Program-made: the position numbers and the translations under genes
Origin: Gallionellaceae bacterium
GTDB taxonomy: Bacteria; Pseudomonadota; Gammaproteobacteria; Burkholderiales; Gallionellaceae
DNA: 33,444 bases
Reading direction: 5' to 3'
Assembly: GCA_021731185.1 (NCBI GenBank)
Contig: JAKFXW010000034.1
Location: 1-33,444 of the forward strand
Notes under the pieces: generated by a model
The model's database searches: none
What the model saw: the letters and a program-made list of their open reading frames with translations, nothing else
What the model was told of the DNA's origin: nothing
Shown here: one piece after another, positions 16,920 through 26,400 of the stretch
How the letters are laid out: every line of letters starts with the position of its first letter
Numbering within the stretch: the first letter of the stretch is position 1

Positions 16920-18269
16920 TTAGTTCGTCAGGCGGTCAATGACAATCAGAGTACGTGTAATCAGCTCATCCATTTCAGCTTCGCTGATGATGTACGGTGG
17001 GATGAAGTATAAAGTATTACCTATCGGGCGCAACAGTAGCTGCTGTTCCAGTGCCAGTGCAAAGCAGCGTTGAGCAAAGTTAGGCTTTGTTTGTTCAACT
17101 TCAAACGCCCAGATCATGCCGATGTTGCGGAAATGTTTAACGTGCGGATGTGCGCGTAAGGGTTGCGCAATGCGATTGAAATAGGCAGCTTTATTTTTAT
17201 TTTCTGCCAGCACATTGTCTTGCTCAAAAATATCCAGCGTGGCCAATGCGGCGCGGCAGGCCAACGGATTGCCTGTGTAGGAATGCGAGTGCAAAAAACC
17301 GCGTGCAATTTCATCCGCATAAAATGCCTGGTAGATTTGACCGCGAGTCATTACAACAGACAGCGGCAAATAGCCACCGGTAATTCCCTTGGACAAGCAC
17401 AGAAAGTCAGGCGTAATGCCGTTCATTTGTCCAATACCAGCCGAGGCTTGCTCACACGCAAACATCGTCCCCGTGCGCCCCATTCCCACCGCAATTTCAT
17501 CGGCAATTAAATGCACGTTAAATTGGTCGCATAATGCACGCGCACGCGCCAGATACACCGGGTGATACATGGCCATGCCAGCCGCACCTTGCACCAGTGG
17601 CTCAATAATAAAGGCGGCAATATTTTGATGATGCTGTTGCAAATAATCTTCAAGCTGCACGGCGCAGCGCAAGGCGTAGTCATGCGAACTTTCTCCAGCT
17701 TCAGCTAGACGACTATCCGGACTGGGCACGGTGGCGTGCTGCTTGAGCAGCGCGCCGTAAGCATCTTTAAATAAGGCAACATCGGTGACCGAGAGCGCGC
17801 CCAGCGTCTCGCCGTGATAACTGTTTTGCAGGCTGATAAAATTAGTTTTGTCGGGATAACCACAATTACGCCAATAGTGAGCACTCATTTTTAGTGCGAT
17901 TTCTACAGCGGATGCGCCATCTGAAGCATAAAAGCAATGTCCCAAACCCGTCGGCGCAAGTTTCGCCAAGCGTTCTGAAAGCGTGATCACAGGCTCATGC
18001 GTGAAGCCCGCCAGCATGACGTGTTCGAGTTGACCCAGTTGTTCAACAATGGCGGCATTAATGCGTGGATTGCAATGTCCGAATAGATTCACCCACCACG
18101 AACTCACCGCATCCAGATAGCGCACGCCATTAAAATCAACCAGCCAGGCTCCGTCGCCGCGTTGAATAGGGATGAGCGGCAATGTCTCATGCTGCTTCAT
18201 CTGTGTGCAAGGATGCCAGACCGCTGCACGGGAGCGGTGAAGCAGGTCAAGGTTCGATGTTTTGGTCAT
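16920..18269 (-). CDS. bioA: Adenosylmethionine-8-amino-7-oxononanoate transaminase
   Basis: WHPCTQM, DAVSSWWVNLFGH, SYHGET, IADEIAVGMGRTG, LSKGITGGYLPL (PLP Lys) and HSHSYTGNPLAC. Confidence 0.95.
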   Translation of the reverse strand: MTKTSNLDLLHRSRAAVWHPCTQMKQHETLPLIPIQRGDGAWLVDFNGVRYLDAVSSWWVNLFGHCNPRINAAIVEQLGQLEHVMLAGFTHEPVITLSERLAKLAPTGLGHCFYASDGASAVEIALKMSAHYWRNCGYPDKTNFISLQNSYHGETLGALSVTDVALFKDAYGALLKQHATVPSPDSRLAEAGESSHDYALRCAVQLEDYLQQHHQNIAAFIIEPLVQGAAGMAMYHPVYLARARALCDQFNVHLIADEIAVGMGRTGTMFACEQASAGIGQMNGITPDFLCLSKGITGGYLPLSVVMTRGQIYQAFYADEIARGFLHSHSYTGNPLACRAALATLDIFEQDNVLAENKNKAAYFNRIAQPLRAHPHVKHFRNIGMIWAFEVEQTKPNFAQRCFALALEQQLLLRPIGNTLYFIPPYIISEAEMDELITRTLIVIDRLTN

Positions 18270-18282
18270 GGCTTAAGGGTAC

Positions 18283-18380
18283 TTAAAAAATAAAGGAAAC
18301 AACGGCATATCCGGCTTTGCTTTGCACTAAATCTGCATCTTTAGCGTCATCGGAATACAGCCAGCCGCTAACCGCTAATT
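18283..18380 (-). pseudogene. Possible 3' remnant of an outer-membrane protein gene truncated by the repeat cluster
   Basis: Reads LAVSGWLYSDDAKDADLVQSKAGYAVVSFIF*, ending in a beta-signal-like terminal Phe, 13 nt upstream of the bioA ATG. The sequence upstream of it is repeat DNA. Confidence 0.25.
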
Positions 18381-18735
18381 CTAGTTTCCGATAAAAAGGA
18401 GCACAAGGCGGCAAGGATGAGGCGACGGTGCGTGGTTGTTGCCGATTCATCGGCTTTACAACCACGGTCTACCCCTTGCGGGTGAAGACAGTACATTTGA
18501 GTACGGCTATAACCAATGACTTGCCCAGCGTTAACCAGCGGCTTATGTCACCGTATTTTGGTGACTTAGCCGATTGGCTATGCAAAGCCTTTTGCTGGGT
18601 TATAACCAGCCACTTGGTTGTCGTCCTTTGACAACCTAGTGGAATGGCTAGTAGTTTCATCAGTCAGATGGCTAGTTGTTTCACTCAGGAGCCGAAGACG
18701 AAGGTAACACAGTGATCGTTTTTATCGGGAATTGG
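18381..18735. mobile_element. Composite MITE-like cluster with nested palindromic elements
   Basis: Terminal inverted repeats CTAGTTTCCGATAAAAAGGAGCAC (18381-18404) and the reverse complement of 18712-18735 CCAATTCCCGATAAAAACGATCAC match at 19/24. Inside are hairpin 18431-18466 and three related ~50-bp palindromes (18508-18676). Confidence 0.7.
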
Positions 18736-18817
18736 TGTAGTCCGTCGATACTTGATCTGGTGTGCCAGTGTCGGTTTCATCAACCAGAAAATTATTTGCA
18801 GGAGGCGGAGTATAGCC

Positions 18818-18924
18818 CGTTGCTGAAAAACTGAATGCCTGTCCCGCGTGGATAGAACGAATGCATCAGCAGGTATAGTGAAGCTGAATGATTGGTCTTT
18901 CAATGTAGTTTGCATGTCTGCTGG
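18818..18924 (-). pseudogene. Frameshifted fragment of a cadherin-like/putative Ig (CADG/He_PIG) domain from a large adhesin
   Basis: PADMQTTLKDQSFSFTIPADAFV, then after a 1-nt frameshift IHAGQAFSFSAT. This resembles the DQ..EDxxFSFTIPADAFxDxDAGDxLTYSAT pattern of CADG repeats. Confidence 0.5.
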
Positions 18925-19025
18925 CTCCCGCGTGAATACCTTCTGGATGGTAACGCATCATGTAATAATTCGTGTACCATAAAGCTGAATTTATAGAAAT
19001 GTCCTTGTCCTTTAGCGGAGAGTAT

Positions 19026-20423
19026 ATGACTGGGCTATCTGGAGTATTGAAAACAGACGCTGACGTAGCAGCCGCGCAGGATAAGCTGCGTAGGAGCTTG
19101 CTAGTGTTCGCCTGCGCACTGATGATCTGCGCAGTCATGCTGTGGCTGGCAATTTATTGGATGATGGGTCTGAAATATTCCGCCAATGTGCCGCTGACCT
19201 ATCAAATCATTTCCGTCACGTCACTGGTGATTTACCTCAAAAACGGCAATTTCGTCATTTTTCGTTTTGTGCAGCTCAGCCTATTTTTGTTCGCACCCTT
19301 TATTATGCAGTGGAGCATTGGTAGCTCGGTCACTTCCAGCGGACTCATGCTGTGGGCGTTGCTGTCCCCGATAGCTGCCATAGTAGTAGCAGGTTGGCGT
19401 GAATCTATTCCGTGGTTTGTGGCTTATATCGTATTAACAATTTTGACTGGGTTTTTTGATTACTTTTTAGGTGTAGGCGAACATGATGGCGTTTCAATGA
19501 AAGCTGTGGGCGTATTTTTTGCGATTAACTTCACGGCGATGTCGTCTATTCTATATATACTGTTGCGCTACTTCGCTTTAGAGACAGAAAAAATAAGACA
19601 GCAACTAAGCCAGCAACATCAACTACTCACGGATGCACAAAATCGATCGGAACGCCTCTTACTCAACGTGCTGCCAGCACACATTGCACTCCGCCTGAAA
19701 GACAAACAGGGCTTGATTGCAGACGCGCATCCTGACGTGACCGTGATGTTTGCCGACATCGTTAATTTTACCCAACTGGCCGAACAATTGCCGCCAGAAC
19801 GCATGGTCGATTTACTTAATACCATATTTTCCTGGCTGGATTCTTTCTCGGGAAAACATGGTCTGGAAAAAATCAAAACCATAGGCGATGCCTACATGGT
19901 GGCGGGCGGTCTTACCAACAGTCCGGATCACGTCAGCAAGGTAGCCGACATGGCGCTGGAAATTCGCAGCTTTATAGCCACCCATCCTGAGCTATCTCGA
20001 TATAACCTCGGCATGCACATCGGCATCGCCACTGGCCCGGTGGTGGCGGGTGTCATCGGCACCAAGCGATTCATTTATGACCTGTGGGGCGATACTGTCA
20101 ACACTGCCAGTCGCCTGACTGCTGATGCAGAGGTGGATCAAATTCTGGTCGACAAAAATACCTATGCGCGCTTGCGTGCGGATTATCAATTTGATCAAGC
20201 CAAGATGACTTATTTAAAAGGCAAAGGTGAAATTGCAGTTTATGGATTACTTAAAAAAGTCAGTGAGCCGCATAAAAAAGCTGTCGCTGCCCCGCAGCAG
20301 CAGAAGGTAAACACTAATAAATTTCCGTCATACGATCCATCAAGTGCGCAACAGTTAATAAAATCAAATCCCAATAAATTATCTGCGTTTGATCCGACAA
20401 GTACGCAGATACTTAAGGATTAA
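19026..20423 (+). CDS. Membrane-bound class III adenylate cyclase (multi-TM N-terminus, coiled coil, catalytic domain)
   Basis: FADIVNFT, EKIKTIGDAYMV, IGIATGPVVAGVIG and YDLWGDTVNTASRL. Lys/Asp at the specificity positions suggests ATP. ATG 19026 follows GGAG (the ORF track starts at 18972). Confidence 0.9.
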   Translation: MTGLSGVLKTDADVAAAQDKLRRSLLVFACALMICAVMLWLAIYWMMGLKYSANVPLTYQIISVTSLVIYLKNGNFVIFRFVQLSLFLFAPFIMQWSIGSSVTSSGLMLWALLSPIAAIVVAGWRESIPWFVAYIVLTILTGFFDYFLGVGEHDGVSMKAVGVFFAINFTAMSSILYILLRYFALETEKIRQQLSQQHQLLTDAQNRSERLLLNVLPAHIALRLKDKQGLIADAHPDVTVMFADIVNFTQLAEQLPPERMVDLLNTIFSWLDSFSGKHGLEKIKTIGDAYMVAGGLTNSPDHVSKVADMALEIRSFIATHPELSRYNLGMHIGIATGPVVAGVIGTKRFIYDLWGDTVNTASRLTADAEVDQILVDKNTYARLRADYQFDQAKMTYLKGKGEIAVYGLLKKVSEPHKKAVAAPQQQKVNTNKFPSYDPSSAQQLIKSNPNKLSAFDPTSTQILKD

Positions 20424-20427
20424 GGAT

Positions 20428-20464
20428 GCCTTAAAAAAATTAATCTGAAAATTAATTTGGGGGC
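20428..20464. terminator. Hairpin between the convergent cyclase and glnE genes
   Basis: AAATTAAT-CTGAAA-ATTAATTT stem with GCC/GGC outer pairs. Confidence 0.4.
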
Positions 20465-20467
20465 AAG

Positions 20468-23290
20468 CTACGCACTGGTTTTTTCTTCAAACAACTGTTT
20501 CCACAACTCCAACACTGGCTGTACATCCAGATGCTCTTTGCTGATGCGGCTGACAGGCTCATTATTCAGGCGCATTTTGTGTTGCAGCGCGCGCTCCGCT
20601 CGGTATATGTTGCAAACTGCCTGAACCATATCCTGATTAATTAATTTTAATTCTGCCGCACGATTGAGCAGCGCGATATTGCCGCTATTTTTCGTTAGCT
20701 CGGAATATTGATGTGCGTACGCCAACACTAAAAATTGCACGATGAATTCGATGTCGACCATGCCACCATGGTCATGTTTGATGTCGAACAAATCACTATC
20801 ATTGCGATGTGCATCCAGCATTTTATGGCGCATTTTTATGACCTCTGCGCGCAGGGTATTTATATCGCGTGGCTTGCATAATATCGCGGTACGTATCACT
20901 TCAAATTTCACGCCGATTTGTTCATCGCCCGCACAAAATCTGGCTCGGGTCAGAGCCTGATGTTCCCATACCCAAGCATCCTTGTTCTGGTATTGTTCAA
21001 ATGCTTCAATCGAACTGACCAACAAACCACTGGCTCCATTGGGACGCAAACGCAAGTCCGTTTCATATAATCGTCCCGAGGCGGTGTAGCTGCTCAACAC
21101 TGAATTGATGCGTTGCGCTAAGCGTGCATAGATTTGTGCTGCATCGGGATGGTCGTCTTGATATAGAAAAATAATGTCCAGATCGGCAGCATAGCCCAAT
21201 TCGCGCCCGCCCAGCTTGCCATAGGCGACGATAGAAAATTTCGGTGGGTCAGCTGCCGTGGAACCAGCTGTCATGGACCCAGCTGTCATGGAATGGGTGG
21301 CTGACATATCACGCCAGCAGATTTGTAAAACATGGTGCAGAATTAAATCTGCCAGATCACTTAAATGATCGCTCAGCGTTTCCAGCGTCAGCAAGTTTTG
21401 TATATCCATCGCCAGCAGATGAAAAATCTGGCTGTGTTGAAAGCGCCGCAGCGCATCCATTTGCTGCTCGATGTCGTCAGCATGTTGGGTCAACTCAGCT
21501 TGTAAATCGGCACTTAAGCTGACCCAATCCGGCGCACGATAAATTTCGCGGGCATCTAATAATTCATCCAGCAGCATGGGATGCTGCACTAAATATTCAC
21601 TGGCCCATTCGCTGGCGCTGGCGAGATTTGTGAGTCGCGGCAGCACCTGTGGGTACTCCGCCAGAAAAGACAAATAAGACGCACGGCGGCTGATGTTTTC
21701 CAGCAACTTAAGCACGCGCAGCAGTGCTTGATCGGGGTTGTATTGGGTGGCACACAGCGTAATAAATTGCGGAATTAATTTATCTAGCCGGCGTTGACTG
21801 GGAGCGGGTAACTGGCGGTAGCGCCCGCTCTGACGAATTTGCACGAGCCGTTCTGCCAGTGCAGAAGAATCATCAGCATAGCCAAACTTATCCAGTGCAG
21901 CGGCCACCTCTTGTGCCTGCATATTGGCATGCCATAAATCGCTGCTTGCAATGTCACTGCCTGCAATGTCGCTAGTCAGCTCCTGCTGGGTACTGAAAAT
22001 CAGCGCGAATTGTTCACTGACTAATTGCCGGTGTGTATTTAATTGTGCCAACAGTGCGGCATAATCGGAGTAGCCCATACCGAGTGCGAGAATTTCCTGG
22101 TCGACCGGATTGTCAGGTATATCCTGCGTTTGCTGATCATCCAGATATTGCAAGCGATGTTCCAGATTACGCAAAAACACATAGGCCTGACTCAAGCTAG
22201 CAACGATTTCCGGTGCTAACATACCCTTCTCAGCCAGGCGTTGTAATACTTGCAGCGTGGGGCGTGTACGTAAACCTATATTCTGTCCACCGCGTATAAG
22301 TTGAAAGACTTGTGCGATGAATTCGATTTCTCGTATGCCGCCGGGACCCAGCTTGATATTGTTTTGTCGATCACGCCGCTGCACTTCGCGTTGAATTTGT
22401 ATGTGCAATTTGCGCATGGAATCGAACGCACTGAAGTCCAGATATTTGCGAAAAATAAATGGTTGGGTAAGTTGAGTTAATTCTTGTGTGGTCGTGCTAG
22501 CAATGGGTGAAACCACGCGCGCTTTAATCCAAGCGTAGCGCTCCCATTCACGTCCTTGGGTAACCAGATATTCTTCCAGCGCGGCCAAACTCACTACCAG
22601 TGGGCCGCTGTCGCCATAAGGCCGCAGGCGCATATCCACGCGAAAGACAAAACCCTCAGCAGTTATTTCATCAATCAGATTAATAATGCGTTTGCCTAGC
22701 TTGCTGAAAAATTCGTGGTTGCTGATGGATTGATAGTGGGTAGCAGCGTTGTCCCACAAGGGGACAATGTCATCTGCACCCCCCGTTTGGCCATCTTCAG
22801 GGTAGACAAAAATCAGATCAATATCGGACGAGACATTAAGTTCCTCGCCGCCCAGTTTTCCCATGCCGATGACTAGCAGTGTTTGAATTGCGCCTGTGCT
22901 GGCACTGCGCGGTTGCCCATGTTGTTCAACTAACGACTGCATCACTCGGGTTTGAGACTGCTGTATTACGAGCTCAGCCAGCGCAGTCATAGTGCGCACG
23001 ACTTCTGCTAAATCCGCTTGCCCGCCCAGATCGCGTGTGAGCAGTTGCAGCATGACGCGCTTACGCAGTTGCCGCAGTGCAACAGATAACGAGGCTTCAT
23101 CGCTGATAGGCATGTCAGCCAGCCATTGCCGCATTTGTGCGACAGAGCAGGGTTGCAAGTAGTCGGTACGAAGCGAGGTTAAGAGCACTTCGTTGCTGGC
23201 GAGCAAACGTTGTACATAGCGGCTGCAGTGCAGCGTACGCTGCAAAGCCGCTTCAAAATCAAGTGCAGAAGCGGATGTCTGGGTATTCAT
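20468..23290 (-). CDS. glnE: Bifunctional glutamine synthetase adenylyltransferase/adenylyl-removing enzyme
   Basis: Two NT domains: MGKLGGEELNVSSDIDLIF...RVDMRLRPYG and YGKLGGRELGYAADLDIIF...ETDLRLRPNG. Also GGIREIEF and GGMVDIEF. Confidence 0.96.
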   Translation of the reverse strand: MNTQTSASALDFEAALQRTLHCSRYVQRLLASNEVLLTSLRTDYLQPCSVAQMRQWLADMPISDEASLSVALRQLRKRVMLQLLTRDLGGQADLAEVVRTMTALAELVIQQSQTRVMQSLVEQHGQPRSASTGAIQTLLVIGMGKLGGEELNVSSDIDLIFVYPEDGQTGGADDIVPLWDNAATHYQSISNHEFFSKLGKRIINLIDEITAEGFVFRVDMRLRPYGDSGPLVVSLAALEEYLVTQGREWERYAWIKARVVSPIASTTTQELTQLTQPFIFRKYLDFSAFDSMRKLHIQIQREVQRRDRQNNIKLGPGGIREIEFIAQVFQLIRGGQNIGLRTRPTLQVLQRLAEKGMLAPEIVASLSQAYVFLRNLEHRLQYLDDQQTQDIPDNPVDQEILALGMGYSDYAALLAQLNTHRQLVSEQFALIFSTQQELTSDIAGSDIASSDLWHANMQAQEVAAALDKFGYADDSSALAERLVQIRQSGRYRQLPAPSQRRLDKLIPQFITLCATQYNPDQALLRVLKLLENISRRASYLSFLAEYPQVLPRLTNLASASEWASEYLVQHPMLLDELLDAREIYRAPDWVSLSADLQAELTQHADDIEQQMDALRRFQHSQIFHLLAMDIQNLLTLETLSDHLSDLADLILHHVLQICWRDMSATHSMTAGSMTAGSTAADPPKFSIVAYGKLGGRELGYAADLDIIFLYQDDHPDAAQIYARLAQRINSVLSSYTASGRLYETDLRLRPNGASGLLVSSIEAFEQYQNKDAWVWEHQALTRARFCAGDEQIGVKFEVIRTAILCKPRDINTLRAEVIKMRHKMLDAHRNDSDLFDIKHDHGGMVDIEFIVQFLVLAYAHQYSELTKNSGNIALLNRAAELKLINQDMVQAVCNIYRAERALQHKMRLNNEPVSRISKEHLDVQPVLELWKQLFEEKTSA
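21250..21294. repeat. 3 x 15-bp tandem repeat in glnE (SMTAG-SMTAG-STAA)
   Basis: CAGCTGCCGTGGAAC / CAGCTGTCATGGACC / CAGCTGTCATGGAAT. Confidence 0.85.
22751..22769 (+). repeat. 18-19 bp palindromic element, copy 3 (antisense within glnE, in frame, DIVPLWD)
   Basis: GTCCCACAAGGGGACAATG, with a TTGTCCC/GGGACAA stem at 22749-22767. Confidence 0.9.
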
Positions 23291-23442
23291 AAGAGGTGCT
23301 TCGGGTTAAAATACACGGGGCTGAGTCATTTAAAATTTGGATTCGCTGTGGATTTAGAAATCTGTAAATATGGCTTCATTATAAAAGTGCCCTGTGCGGA
23401 CAGGTTGAATTATTTATTGGGGATGTTTAATTAGCCGCCGCT

Positions 23443-26400
23443 ATGCCAAAAAAAATCCTGAAAAATTCATTGTTAAGCTTCAAAATTCTGGCTCGCATAT
23501 TGGTAGCTGGCATAGTTTTGTTGAGCGCAGTGATATGGCTGTGGTCGAAATTCTGGCTGTTTCCGGACATTGAACACTATCACGAAGATATCACAACGAT
23601 AGCCAGCCAAGTAGCGAATCAACCGATAACAATAGGAAAAATTCAGGCGGATTGGCACGGCATTCGTCCGCGCCTGATTTTTAGCGATGTGCGTATGCTG
23701 GATAATAAAGGCCACACGACCTTGTCATTTCAGCGCATAGAAAACGTATTGTCATGGAGAACACTAATCACTAGGAAGGTCAGGTTACATAGCCTGGAAA
23801 TTCAAAATCCAGATTTGCATATTCGGCGCGATCTGCTAGGAAAAATACACGTCGCCAACTTTTCCCTGAAAAGTGAAGCAGCCGAACAGGTCACCGATAG
23901 CAATGTCCCACAAGGGGACAATGTACTGGATATGATTTTGCATCCGCCGCGCATAGTGGTCAGCGATGCGCGCATCACCTGGAAAGACGAGCTCAATGCC
24001 GCACCCGAGCTACTTTTTGAGCATGTAAATTTACTGATTGATAATGATGAATCGCGCCATCGCTTCGCGGTGCGCGCCCAACCTCCGGCGCAGCTGTCTA
24101 CGAATCTGGATGTGCGCGGTGACTTTTATGGCGACAGTTTCGCTGACCCAAAAGCGTGGTATGGACAGGCGTACACCCACCTGAATTACGCCAACATTCC
24201 GGCATGGGAACCTTGGCTGCCTACGGTAAGCGTGCTTAAACGTGGCAAGGGTGCGGTGCGGGGTTGGATGGATGTACGGGCAGGACAGGTGTTCAGAATG
24301 ACCATGGATGTTGCTTTGTCCGGTATTAGCACACAATTAGCAGATGATGTATTGCCACTTGAAATACTGACTATGCGCGGTCGCCTGGTCTGGGAAAACG
24401 TCAGTAACGGATTTGAAATTGCGTTGCGAAAATTTTCACTGAAGCTGAACAACGGCCTCGATGTGCAACCAGTTGATTTTTACCTGCGTCTAGCGAAAGC
24501 CACAGATACTCAGCCAGCCAGCGGCGAGGTGCGCGCCGACTCGTTGGAATTGATGGGACTGGTCAGCCTAGCCAGCTTTCTGCCTTTAAATTCTGACTCC
24601 AGGCAGCAGCTGATAGACTTTGCTCCAAGCGGTCAGGTAACGAAATTACAAGCTAAATGGAGCGGGAATTTTGACCGATTGCAGAATTTAGATATTCAAG
24701 CGAAATTTGACAATCTCGCCTTGCGGCGCGTGGGGGGCATCCCTGGGTTTTCTGGTTTAAGCGGACAAATCAACGGCAATGAAGATGCTGGTACATTAAC
24801 ATTACGCTCAAATAATTTGAAGCTGGATGCGCCACAAATTATGCCCGAACCATTACAGCTTGATTCGTTAACCGCCAAGACCAGTTGGCAGAAAAATGAT
24901 CTGGGTTATGCCATTCAATACGAGAATGTGTCCGTTGAGAATCAGGATGCAGCGGGCATTATTTCAGGTAGCTTTCAAACTTTAGCCGACGGCCCTGGTG
25001 AGATTGATCTAAAAGTGAATTTAACGCGGGCACTGGTGCAGCGCACGTCGCGCTACATTCCATTGGTGGCATTAAAAAGTGCGGGCAATGCCTGGGTGAA
25101 GCAGGCTTTGCTGGATGGGCAGTCCAATGATTTCAGTTTGATACTGCGCGGCAATTTAAAAAAGTTTCCATTTGATGAAAAAGATTCTGGCCTCTTTCAG
25201 ATTAAAGCCAGCGCTATTGGCGCAGCGGTAAAATATCATCCAGACTGGCCAGTCATAGATCAAGGGGTAGCAAAATTTACTATTCAAGGCCGTCGTCTCA
25301 AAACCTTTGTCTCGACGGCGGTAACTATGGGCGGGCATTTGCAAAATGTGAGTGTGGTGATGCCGGATATTACTAGCCCTAATTTAATGTTGAAAATTCG
25401 TGGTGAGGCTAAGGGTAAAACATCGCACTTTCTAGATTTTATTCAACAAAGTCCGGTGCGTGGATACATCGATGAGGCGAGTGATAACATCTCTACACAG
25501 GGCAGCGGGAAGCTAATTTTGTCGTTGGATATTCCCTTGCCTGGTCGGACGACCAACTCAAACAGCAATGAATTGCCTGATGTGGCTAATACTGCTGCGG
25601 CCAGTACGCCTGTAGCAATTGCGCCTACTGCCAGAAAAATTACTGCCAGAAAAATTGTTGCAAGCACTCCAGTCAAGGTGGCGGGCAATTATCATTTCAT
25701 TGAAAATGATGTGACATTGCCCGGTGGCATTGTTGTGCAGCAGGCCAGTGGTCATCTATTGTTTACAGAATCCTCATTGCGTACAAAAAATGTAACTGGA
25801 CAAGTTTTTGGTGGCCCAGCTTCAATAGTGCTCAAACGTAAGCTGGGCAAGCCGCTAGTTGTCAAGGCGCAAGGGGTGACACACATGGATCAATTACGGC
25901 ATAGTGTGTCCCATCCGATATTAAATTATCTGCATGGCAGCATTCCGTGGGAAGCTAATATTACGGTGCAACCCAAGCGTATCAATGTGCAGGTCACCTC
26001 AAATATGACTGGAGTTCAATTTGACATGCCGGTTCCTTTTACTAAACAGGCCAGCGAGCAGATTCCATTAGCCTTTGAGATGCAACGCACAGCCAGCCAA
26101 GAGACGCTCAGCCTGCAATATGGCAAGTTGCTGGATGCAAAATTAGTTCGCTACAAAAAGAAGGGGGAGTGGTTGGTACATGGCGGCAATATTCATTTTG
26201 GCGCATTACCGGAGCAGGGTTCGAGCGCGCAGGGTTCAAGCGCGGGTGTGATCCAGCCGGGTATATGGATGACTGGCGCTGTGCCGGAATTGGCCGTGCA
26301 GGGATGGGGCAAATTGCTCGAGTCCACGAGTGGCGATGGCGCGCTGAATTTATCCTCCTTTAATTTTAAGGGGGCAGATTTACTAATTAAAAAAATAAGT

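Noticed and set aside
18283-18660. Two in-frame ORFs separated by one TAG, considered as a read-through or recoded gene
   Set aside because: Most of the frame is a translation of stacked palindromic repeats, so a real recoded protein is unsupported.
18508-18683. Repeated TAACCA/ATGGCTAGT motifs as a CRISPR array or attC array
   Set aside because: Spacing is irregular, the copies are divergent and nested, and there are no cas genes, integrase or cassette ORFs.
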